Positions 7,939 to 15,831 of a stretch of DNA of 64,000 nt are shown piece by piece. Made by a program: the position numbers and the translations under genes. The DNA lies in assembly GCA_043814765.1 (NCBI GenBank), contig JBDRJQ010000029.1, positions 96,001 through 160,000 of the forward strand, written 5' to 3'. The notes beneath the pieces are model-generated. The model searched no databases. It saw nothing but the letters and a program-made list of their open reading frames with translations, and was not told the origin of the DNA. How positions within the stretch are numbered: position 1 is the first letter of the stretch; every line of letters starts with the position of its first letter. This stretch comes from Nanobdellota archaeon. GTDB lineage: Archaea > Aenigmatarchaeota > Aenigmatarchaeia > QMZP01.

Positions 7939-10900
7939 ATGAAGTGTCCTTTCTGTTTTGATGAAGAAACACGGGTTATAGATAAAAGAGAAAGCGGAGA
8001 AAAAGGTATCAACAGGCGAAGAAGAGAGTGTTTGAGTTGTAAAAAAAGATTTACTACTTATGAAAGAATTGAAGGTGCCATAAGCAAGATTACTCATATA
8101 AAAAAAAGGGACGGCCAGATAGTTGAATTTGATCAAAACAAAATAACAGATGCCATATGGAAAGCTGTACAGGCTGTTGGCAATAAAGATAAAGAAGTAG
8201 CTAAAAAGGCTTCTGATAATGTTGTTAAAATTCTAGAAGAAAGGTTTGAAGGCAAAATTCCTGAAGTGGAACAAATTCAGGATATTGTTGAAGAATCGTT
8301 AATAGAAAACGGTTTAGCAGAAACTGCTAAAGCGTATATAATATACAGACAAAAAAAGATACAGGTAAGGGACACTAAAAAAACCTTAATAGATGTTATA
8401 GATACTATATCCGATTACCTTGATCAAAAGGATTGGAGAGTAAGAGAAAACAGCAATGAGCAATACTCTTTTTCAGGACTTCTATTATACACTGCTGGAA
8501 AGGTCATGGCAAACTATAATTTAACAGAGATGTACACCCCGGCAATGGCCGATGCACACAGGGCAGGTTATTTGCATATACATGATTTGTCACATGGTGT
8601 TATAGGATATTGTGCTGGTTGGTCGTTAAAGAATCTTTTATCCTGGGGGTTTGGTGGAATACCTAACAAAGTAGACTGCAAACCATCAAAACACATGAGT
8701 ACGGTAGTGCATCAAATGGTTAATTATATTGGATGCTTGCAGATGGAGTTTGCAGGTGCTCAGGCCTTTTCAACAGTTGATGTATTGCTAGCGCCCTTTG
8801 TAAGGGCAGATCAGATGACATTTAAACAGGTAAAGCAGGCTATGCAACAGTTGATTTTCTCGTTGAATATCCCTTCTAGATGGGGATGTTTTAGTAAGGA
8901 TACTGAATTATTAACAAATAAGGGATGGATGTTAGGAAAGGATCTTGAAAAGGGAGATATAATAGCAACTTTTAATAAAGACACTGAAGAGATAGAGTAT
9001 CTTCCTGTAAAAGAAATGACAAAATATAATTACAAAGGAAAGATGTGTAGATTGAAAAATAGGATTACGGATCAACTGGTTACACCAAATCATAGGATTT
9101 TGAGAAGAATACATAATTATAAGGAAGGCGTGTCTGAATCTAAGTATGTTTTTGAAGAGGCAGATAAATTAAAGACAAAGATTCCATTAGTTCCTCTTGG
9201 AGGAAAGTTTAAAGGTCTTGACCTTGATAAGGATCTTGTCAAATCACTTGCTTGGATAATATCAGAAGGCACACTTTGCAAGAATGAAAGAATCGGTATA
9301 CACCAATCATTTGTAAAGAATCCTGAAAATTGTCAAGATATACGAGACTCTTTAGATTCTATTGGTGTTGATTTTGATGAACAGATAAAACAATCTGGTT
9401 TCACAGAAAGATGGGATTGTTTGCGCATCAGAATGAGCAGACCAGATTCAAGAAATTTCTATGAAAATTATTTTCCTGATTATGTAAAAAGTATTCCAGA
9501 CGAACTTAGAAACCTTTCTACTCCGTTGGCCAGAACATTTATTGATACTTATATGAAAGCAGATGGATGGTATCCTGAAGGTAAAATATACACAAAAAAT
9601 AAAGACGATATAGATGCTTTCCAAGAAATTATAGCTAAAGCTGGTTGGGGAAGTACAGTATTGAAAAATAAAAATGGTATTTATGTGATAAGAGTAATAA
9701 AACACAATCACACTCAGATAACTTCTATAGATAATGAAGATTATGATGGACTTGTTTGGTGCCCGACAACAGACAACGGGACTGTTATAGTTAGAAGGAA
9801 AGGTAAGGTTTTTATAAGCGGCAATTCACAGTACCCATTTTCAAATCTAACATTTGATTGGTCAATACCAAAGGATCTTGAAAACGAACACGCAATTGTC
9901 GGAGGAACACCTCAAAGCTTTACTTATGGGGACCTTCAGGAAGAAACTAATATGATTAACAAAGCTTTTTTAGAAGTTATGCTTGAGGGTGACGCAAATG
10001 GAAGAACATTCTCGTTTCCAATACCAACATATAACTTAACAAAGGATTTCGATTGGGATGGTGAAAACGCAAATCTTCTGTTCGAAATGACTGCAAAATA
10101 CGGAACTCCTTATTTTCAAAATTATATAGGAAGTAATCTGGATCCAAGCTCTATAAGGGCAATGTGCTGCAGATTAAACATAAATCAAAAAGAGCTCGTA
10201 CAGAGACCAGGGCACATATTTGCAGCAGGCGATTCTACTGGTTCAATTGGTGTAGTAACAATGAATCTGAACAGGCTGGGTTTTGAGGCCAAAGATGAAA
10301 GCGAGTTTCATAATAAAATTGAACATTATATGAACATGGGTAAAGATTCTCTTGAAATTAAAAGAAGAGTTGTTGAGAAAAACTTAAAAAATGGGTTAAT
10401 GCCTTATACAAGAAGATATCTAGGGTCATTCAGTAATCATTTCTCTACAATAGGTTTGGTCGGAATGAACGAAGCGTGTCTAAACCTTATTGGAAAGGAT
10501 ATATCCACACCTGAAGGTAAAACTCTTACAATAAACATGTTGAAGTTTATGAGAGATGTTATCGGAGGTTATCAGCAAGAAACTGGTAATCTTTACAACT
10601 TGGAAGCAACGCCCGCTGAATCGGCTTCATATAGACTGGCAAGAGCTGATAAAAAAATGTATCCGAACATAATTACAAGCGGTGATAAACAACCCTTCTT
10701 AACAAACTCCACTCAGCTTCCTGTAAATTTTGGTGATGATGTCATATCCGCTTTAGAACATCAAAATGATATACAGTATTTATACACAGGAGGGACAATA
10801 TTTCATACATTCTTAGGTGAAAGGGTTAGCAGTGGAGAGTCATGCAAAAATCTTGTTAGAAAGATAGCAAACAACACTAGAATACCATATTTCAGTATAA

Positions 10901-10986
10901 CACCAACATTCAGTGTTTGCCCTGTTCATGGTTACATAAAAGGTGAACAGCATGTTTGCCCCTACAACAATAATGGAGGTAAATAA
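7939..10986 (+). CDS. nrdD: Anaerobic (class III) ribonucleoside-triphosphate reductase large subunit with N-terminal NrdR-type Zn ribbon and ATP cone; intein-containing; lacks glycyl-radical C-terminus
   Basis: Start reassigned to ATG 7939 (SD GAGGT). MKCPFC...RRRRECLSCKKRFTTYE, KRDG ATP cone, HIHDL, YCAGWS, AMCCRL finger loop, NLEATPAES, YTGGTIFH, SITPTFSVCPVHG. Confidence 0.95.
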   Translation: MKCPFCFDEETRVIDKRESGEKGINRRRRECLSCKKRFTTYERIEGAISKITHIKKRDGQIVEFDQNKITDAIWKAVQAVGNKDKEVAKKASDNVVKILEERFEGKIPEVEQIQDIVEESLIENGLAETAKAYIIYRQKKIQVRDTKKTLIDVIDTISDYLDQKDWRVRENSNEQYSFSGLLLYTAGKVMANYNLTEMYTPAMADAHRAGYLHIHDLSHGVIGYCAGWSLKNLLSWGFGGIPNKVDCKPSKHMSTVVHQMVNYIGCLQMEFAGAQAFSTVDVLLAPFVRADQMTFKQVKQAMQQLIFSLNIPSRWGCFSKDTELLTNKGWMLGKDLEKGDIIATFNKDTEEIEYLPVKEMTKYNYKGKMCRLKNRITDQLVTPNHRILRRIHNYKEGVSESKYVFEEADKLKTKIPLVPLGGKFKGLDLDKDLVKSLAWIISEGTLCKNERIGIHQSFVKNPENCQDIRDSLDSIGVDFDEQIKQSGFTERWDCLRIRMSRPDSRNFYENYFPDYVKSIPDELRNLSTPLARTFIDTYMKADGWYPEGKIYTKNKDDIDAFQEIIAKAGWGSTVLKNKNGIYVIRVIKHNHTQITSIDNEDYDGLVWCPTTDNGTVIVRRKGKVFISGNSQYPFSNLTFDWSIPKDLENEHAIVGGTPQSFTYGDLQEETNMINKAFLEVMLEGDANGRTFSFPIPTYNLTKDFDWDGENANLLFEMTAKYGTPYFQNYIGSNLDPSSIRAMCCRLNINQKELVQRPGHIFAAGDSTGSIGVVTMNLNRLGFEAKDESEFHNKIEHYMNMGKDSLEIKRRVVEKNLKNGLMPYTRRYLGSFSNHFSTIGLVGMNEACLNLIGKDISTPEGKTLTINMLKFMRDVIGGYQQETGNLYNLEATPAESASYRLARADKKMYPNIITSGDKQPFLTNSTQLPVNFGDDVISALEHQNDIQYLYTGGTIFHTFLGERVSSGESCKNLVRKIANNTRIPYFSITPTFSVCPVHGYIKGEQHVCPYNNNGGK
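8887..9825 (+). mobile_element. Intein (313 aa) with LAGLIDADG homing endonuclease in NrdD
   Basis: PSRWG|CFSKDTELLT ... VTPNH (block B), LAWIISEG and TYMKADG endonuclease motifs, ...KVFISGN|SQYPF; excision restores PSRWGSQYPFSN. Confidence 0.92.
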
Positions 10987-10987
10987 T

Positions 10988-11164
10988 ATGGAAAATGAAA
11001 AATGCAACAGAGAAACAGAAGTCTATTCAAGAATAGTCGGTTATTTTAGGCCTATAAAAAATTGGAATGACGGAAAGAAAGAGGAATTCGCACACAGGGT
11101 AACTTTTAGCGAAAAGAAAGCTCTGGAAAATGAAATTAAAACAAAAGTCGCTGTTACCCATTAG
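10988..11164 (+). CDS. Separately encoded NrdD C-terminal glycyl-radical domain (58 aa)
   Basis: EVYSRIVGYFRPIKNWNDGKKEEF carries the RxxGY glycyl-radical motif; own SD GGAGGT at 10975-10980; ATG two bases after the nrdD stop. Confidence 0.9.
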   Translation: MENEKCNRETEVYSRIVGYFRPIKNWNDGKKEEFAHRVTFSEKKALENEIKTKVAVTH

Positions 11165-11217
11165 AATTTCTCTTTATTATTCTTTAGTTTGCTATATTTT
11201 ACTGTAAAAGTGATTCT

Positions 11218-13395
11218 ATGAAAATAAAGGGCTTTAGAAAAATGTCTCTAATAGACTATCCTGGCAAAACTTGCTCTATAGTTTTCTTGGGCGGATGCAA
11301 TTTCAAATGCCCGTTTTGTCAAAATCCGGATTTAATATGCAATGTTGATAAAATACCGGACATATCTGAAGATGAAATATTAAACTACATAAAAGGGAAA
11401 AGGAAGTGGATTGATGGTGTCTGTATGAGTGTGGCCAAAGATGAAAGAGTATTAATTAAAGAAAATAAAAATTTAAAAAACATACCAATCGAGATGCTTT
11501 GGAATGAAAATAAAAAAACAACATATCTGAGAAAATTCGAGTCACAAAAATGTGATAAAATTGAAGCTTTAACATTAAATCATAAATTTCAAAAAGTAAA
11601 TGAAATAATAAGACATAAAACCAAAGAAATATATAATATATTTTTGACTACCGGATATAAAGTTTCTGCTACTGGCAGTCATAGTGTTTTTACACTATCA
11701 AAAAATGGGTTTATAACCAAAAATGTTTCTGAACTGAAAACAAAAGACTATTTACTGACACCTAAAAAAATAGTGAATGACAATATTATTAAAAGAATAA
11801 ATATTTCAAATTATTTTGAGCAGGAATTAAAAAAATCAAAAAAAGAAATGCTTAAAAGAAAGTATTATTGGATTAAAATAATAAAAAATATTTTTAAATC
11901 AAAAATTAGTTATATTGAAGCTGCCAATAAATATAAAGTTAACAGGCATACTATTGTGAGGTATATAAATGCATACAAATTAGGTAAACTTGAAGAGTTT
12001 TGTTATAACTCTAAACCAAACTTATTATGGATTAAAAATGATTTTCTGTGGGTTGGAAAGAATAAGATAATGCGCACAAAAATTTCAGTAACAAAAGAGC
12101 TTGCAGAATTTTTAGGTTATACTGTAGCGGAAGGCTCTTTACGTAAGAAATCTTATACACTTTCTTTAGGTGATGAACCAAAACTGGCAGAAAGAGTACT
12201 TAGTTTATACAGAAAAATATTCAAATCAAATAAAGGGGTTATTAGAAAACGGAAGTCTAAAACAGGTAATCACCAATATAGTATAATCTTTGGTGGTAAA
12301 TACGTTGGTATGTTACTTGATAAGATTGTGGGTCATTTAGCTGTAAATAAAAAGATACCGGAAATTATATTCAACACAACCAAAACAAATCAGCGTGCGT
12401 TTATTGTTGCATTAAATGTAGGTGATGGTCATATAAGAGAAAGGATAACAAACTCTTCTGAAGAGTTCAGTATTAAAACTATAAGTAAGCAACTGGTATG
12501 TGATTTAATTATTCTTTTAAAATTTTTTGGAATACATGCACTTATTACTGAAGAGAAAGAAAAATATAATCAAAAGAGATCCTACAAAATACATTTTCAT
12601 GGTAATCAATACCAAAAGTTGAATTTAAAAAGGAAAGTAAAAACTAAATATTCATTTTTAACTAACATAGAAGGTATACCAAAAGAATTTTTGGATATGA
12701 AAGATCATATCAAATATAAAAAACAAAATAGAATAAACTCAGATGATGTTCCATTAAAATATAGAAATAAAGTATACGAAATAGCAAAAAAATGGAATAT
12801 ACTAAAAATTAAAAAAATAACAAAAAACAGAACAAATTTATATGTATATGATCTTGTTGTACCTGGTAATAATTCTTTTATCGGCGGTTTAGGACCGATT
12901 TTATTACATAACACAGGTGGTGAACCAACATTATACAATAATCTTCCTGAATTCATTAAAAAAATAAAAGATATGGGTTTTTTGGTAAAACTTGATACAA
13001 ACGGCTCTAATCCAGAAATACTAAAAAATCTCATAGACAAGAAACTTGTTGATTACATAGCAATGGATATAAAAGCCTCGCTAGAAAGATACAGCGAAGC
13101 TTCTGGGTGCGATGTTAACTTAGATGACATTAAGAAGAGTGTAGATATTATAAGAAAAAGCGGTGTTGATTATGAGTTTAGAACCACTATACTTCCAAGA
13201 CTCTTCACAAAAGATGATGCGATAAAAATTGGGAAATGGCTCAATGGATCAAAAAGATTTTTTCTTCAGCAATTCAGGCCAATGATAACATTGGACAGGT
13301 CTTTTGAGAATGAAAATTCATACAGTAAAAAAGAGTTGAGAGAGATAGCAGAGATTATGAAACCATATTTTGATTTAGTCGTTATACGAGACTGA
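11218..13395 (+). CDS. nrdG: Anaerobic RNR activating protein (radical SAM), intein-containing
   Basis: SLIDYPGK, CNFKCPFC (CxxxCxxC), TGGEPT, KLDTNGS, AMDIK, YEFRTT; about 230 aa after splicing. Confidence 0.94.
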   Translation: MKIKGFRKMSLIDYPGKTCSIVFLGGCNFKCPFCQNPDLICNVDKIPDISEDEILNYIKGKRKWIDGVCMSVAKDERVLIKENKNLKNIPIEMLWNENKKTTYLRKFESQKCDKIEALTLNHKFQKVNEIIRHKTKEIYNIFLTTGYKVSATGSHSVFTLSKNGFITKNVSELKTKDYLLTPKKIVNDNIIKRINISNYFEQELKKSKKEMLKRKYYWIKIIKNIFKSKISYIEAANKYKVNRHTIVRYINAYKLGKLEEFCYNSKPNLLWIKNDFLWVGKNKIMRTKISVTKELAEFLGYTVAEGSLRKKSYTLSLGDEPKLAERVLSLYRKIFKSNKGVIRKRKSKTGNHQYSIIFGGKYVGMLLDKIVGHLAVNKKIPEIIFNTTKTNQRAFIVALNVGDGHIRERITNSSEEFSIKTISKQLVCDLIILLKFFGIHALITEEKEKYNQKRSYKIHFHGNQYQKLNLKRKVKTKYSFLTNIEGIPKEFLDMKDHIKYKKQNRINSDDVPLKYRNKVYEIAKKWNILKIKKITKNRTNLYVYDLVVPGNNSFIGGLGPILLHNTGGEPTLYNNLPEFIKKIKDMGFLVKLDTNGSNPEILKNLIDKKLVDYIAMDIKASLERYSEASGCDVNLDDIKKSVDIIRKSGVDYEFRTTILPRLFTKDDAIKIGKWLNGSKRFFLQQFRPMITLDRSFENENSYSKKELREIAEIMKPYFDLVVIRD
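11428..12912 (+). mobile_element. Intein (495 aa) with LAGLIDADG endonuclease and HTH-like insert in NrdG
   Basis: DGVCM|SVAKDERVLI, block B ATGSHSVF, FLGYTVAEG and ALNVGDG, block F VYDLVVP, ...ILLHN|TGGEPT; markedly AT-rich. Confidence 0.92.
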
Positions 13396-13484
13396 ACTTA
13401 CGACAAAAAGCTGAATTCCTGCGATAACTATAAATATTCGCTATTCGTTAAGATAACAAATATTATGTTAAGTAGGGGGGTTAT

Positions 13485-13670
13485 ATGCCAAAACCTGTTA
13501 TAGACTATGATAAATGCACTCTATGCAGTACATGCATAGACATGTGCCCAATAGAAGTCTTTGCAAAGGAAGATGAAAAAGTTGTTGTAAAACAACCGGA
13601 TAAATGTATAGGCTGCAGGGCATGCGAAGCCCAGTGTCCAGTAGAAGCAATAAAAATAATAGAACAATGA
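13485..13670 (+). CDS. 2x[4Fe-4S] ferredoxin
   Basis: CTLCSTCIDMCP and CIGCRACEAQCP. Confidence 0.95.
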   Translation: MPKPVIDYDKCTLCSTCIDMCPIEVFAKEDEKVVVKQPDKCIGCRACEAQCPVEAIKIIEQ

Positions 13671-13674
13671 TACT

Positions 13675-13899
13675 ATGTCTAAAATAACTAAGAAAACTAC
13701 CATAGGAGAAGCTGTGGAGAAATGCCCAGAGATAGCTAAAGTCATGCTTAAGCATGGTCTTCACTGCATTGGTTGCGCTGTTGCTACATGGGAGACCATA
13801 GAACAGGGTGCAAAACGTCATGGTTTAGATGAAAAGGATATAGACAAGATGATTCTAGAAATAAACGAAGTTGTTATTGAAGCCAAAAAGAAGAAATAG
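13675..13899 (+). CDS. DUF1858 / hybrid-cluster-protein-associated redox disulfide domain protein
   Basis: ITKKTTIGEAVEKCP...GLHCIGC...ETIEQGAKRHG pattern. Confidence 0.85.
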   Translation: MSKITKKTTIGEAVEKCPEIAKVMLKHGLHCIGCAVATWETIEQGAKRHGLDEKDIDKMILEINEVVIEAKKKK

Positions 13900-13910
13900 T
13901 TTTATTAATT

Positions 13911-13952
13911 TTATGTTTAACGATAGCTTTATTATGTTTAACGATAGCTTTA
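13911..13952. repeat. Perfect 21-bp tandem duplication in promoter region
   Basis: TTATGTTTAACGATAGCTTTA at 13911-13931 and 13932-13952; the second copy runs into TATA TTTAAATA (13949-13956). Confidence 0.95.
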
Positions 13953-13961
13953 AATACTAAT

Positions 13962-13976
13962 CTTAACAACGTTAAG
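13962..13976. promoter_or_regulatory. Palindromic candidate operator CTTAAC-N3-GTTAAG
   Basis: Perfect 6-3-6 inverted repeat between the TATA box and ATG 13979 of the HTH regulator. Confidence 0.6.
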
Positions 13977-13978
13977 TT

Positions 13979-14344
13979 ATGCCTAAGAAAGCGGGTTTGA
14001 ATCTGCCACAAGAGATAGAAGTTTGGTATGTTTTGCCTGCAATACGAAAAGAATTTACTCTAAGAATGATTAAAGGTGGAATGAAGCAAAAGGATGCTGC
14101 AGAAAAACTTGGCATAACAGAAGCTGCTGTATCCCAGTATGTTAATAAAAAAAGAGCTTCTGAAGTTAAACTTGATGACAAAATATTAAAGGAAATAAGC
14201 GGCTCTGTTAAACAGATTTTAAAGGGAGCAAGTGTAATAAACGAAATACAAAAAATATGCCATCTCATAAAAAGCGAAGGATGTCTTTGCGACATTCATA
14301 GAAAGTACGGAAACCCGCCTAAAGATTGTAAAATATGCGTATGA
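13979..14344 (+). CDS. HTH transcriptional regulator (COG2522-like) with Cys-rich C-terminus
   Basis: PQEIEVWYVLPAIR, KQKDAAEKLGITEAAVSQY HTH, C-terminal CLCDIH...CKIC. Confidence 0.88.
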   Translation: MPKKAGLNLPQEIEVWYVLPAIRKEFTLRMIKGGMKQKDAAEKLGITEAAVSQYVNKKRASEVKLDDKILKEISGSVKQILKGASVINEIQKICHLIKSEGCLCDIHRKYGNPPKDCKICV

Positions 14345-14352
14345 GGTAAGAT

Positions 14353-15492
14353 ATGAAAATTTACATGGATCATGCTGCCACAACAAACGTGGCAAAAGAA
14401 GTTTTGGAAGCAATGAAGCCGTATTTCACTGAAGAGTATGGAAATCCAAATTCGCTTCATTTGTTTGGCCAGAATGCCGCAAGATTTCTTGAAGAAAGCA
14501 GAACAAAAATAGCAAAAATCATTAACGCATCACCAGAAGAAATAGTATTCACATCAGGGGGTTCAGAGTCAGACAACACTGTTTTGAAGGGAACACTAAA
14601 AAAAGGCGATCATTTAATAACATCAGCTATTGAACATCCTGCCATGAGGGAAACTGCAAAACACCTTGAGAATTTGGGTGTAGAAGTGACATTTTTGCCT
14701 GTTGATAAAGAAGGATTTATCTCAATAAAGGATCTTGAAAAATCAATTAAAAAGAACACTAAACTGGTGTCAATAATGCATGCAAATAATGAAATTGGTA
14801 CAATAGAACCTATAGAAGAAATAGGTAAGATATGCAAAAAACATGATATTTTGTTTCATACAGATGCTGTGCAGAGCTTCTGCAAGATTCCGATAGACGT
14901 TCAGAAGATGGACATTGACATGCTTTCTGCTTCATCTCATAAGATATACGGACCGAAAGGGGTTGGTTTGTTATATGTGAAAAAAGGAACTGATATGACG
15001 CCTCTTATACACGGCGGTGGCCAGGAAAGTGGAATGCGGTCAGGCACTGTAAATGTTGCAGGCATTGTTGGGTTTGCAAAAGCAGCAGAAATCTCCGCTG
15101 TGGAAATGAAAGATAAAAAAATCAAAAACATGAGAAACAAATTGATAAATGAATTGCTTAAGGTGGAGGATTCGTGGCTCAATGGTCCTGAAGGCGATAA
15201 AAGGCTACCAAATAACATTAACCTGGGTTTTGATTATATAGAAGGCGAAGCCTTGATACTTCGGCTTAATGATAAAGGTATAGCAGCTTCAACAGGTTCT
15301 GCGTGTTCAAGCAAATCATTAAGGCCTTCTCATGTACTGCTTGCAATTGGGCTTAAGCCACAAAAAGCACATGGAAGCCTCAGATTAACTCTTGGAAGAG
15401 ACAATACGAACAAAGAAATAGATTATGTTATCAAAAATGTTAAAGAAGTAGTTGAAGAGCTAAGAAAGATAAGTCCACTTTACAAAGAATAA
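14353..15492 (+). CDS. iscS: Cysteine desulfurase
   Basis: YMDHAATT, GNPNS, HTDAVQ, SSHKIYGPKG (PLP Lys), STGSACSS. Confidence 0.96.
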   Translation: MKIYMDHAATTNVAKEVLEAMKPYFTEEYGNPNSLHLFGQNAARFLEESRTKIAKIINASPEEIVFTSGGSESDNTVLKGTLKKGDHLITSAIEHPAMRETAKHLENLGVEVTFLPVDKEGFISIKDLEKSIKKNTKLVSIMHANNEIGTIEPIEEIGKICKKHDILFHTDAVQSFCKIPIDVQKMDIDMLSASSHKIYGPKGVGLLYVKKGTDMTPLIHGGGQESGMRSGTVNVAGIVGFAKAAEISAVEMKDKKIKNMRNKLINELLKVEDSWLNGPEGDKRLPNNINLGFDYIEGEALILRLNDKGIAASTGSACSSKSLRPSHVLLAIGLKPQKAHGSLRLTLGRDNTNKEIDYVIKNVKEVVEELRKISPLYKE

Positions 15493-15506
15493 TTAAGGTG
15501 ATATTA

Positions 15507-15800
15507 ATGGTAGATAATGCAAAAAGCGGTGTAAAAAAGATGATTAACAGAAAGCTCATAATTGGAATCATATTTGTTGTTGCGGGTTTCTTTTTGTTAC
15601 AATACGTATTCACCAGCGAATGTCAGATTGAAAATATAGGAGCTGCTATAATGGGACAGTCGATAGATGTTGAGCTCGGCTTCCTTGAAAGGCTTTTATG
15701 CAATGCAACAACCTTTCCGAACATATTCCTTTGGTTGGTTGGTCTGGCAATGATATTTCCTGGTGTAAGTGGAATATTCAAAGGTTTAACTGCTGATTAA
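15507..15800 (+). CDS. Small two-TM hypothetical membrane protein between iscS and iscU
   Basis: Two hydrophobic segments; SD AGGTGA upstream; fills the operon gap. Confidence 0.65.
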   Translation: MVDNAKSGVKKMINRKLIIGIIFVVAGFFLLQYVFTSECQIENIGAAIMGQSIDVELGFLERLLCNATTFPNIFLWLVGLAMIFPGVSGIFKGLTAD

Positions 15801-15831
15801 AATGAAGATATAGAAGAAAGGAGTTTAGTGT

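Noticed and set aside
10943..11164. nrdD as a frameshifted pseudogene
   Set aside because: The downstream ORF has a strong SD and ATG right after the stop and all catalytic motifs are intact, so a genuine split is more likely.
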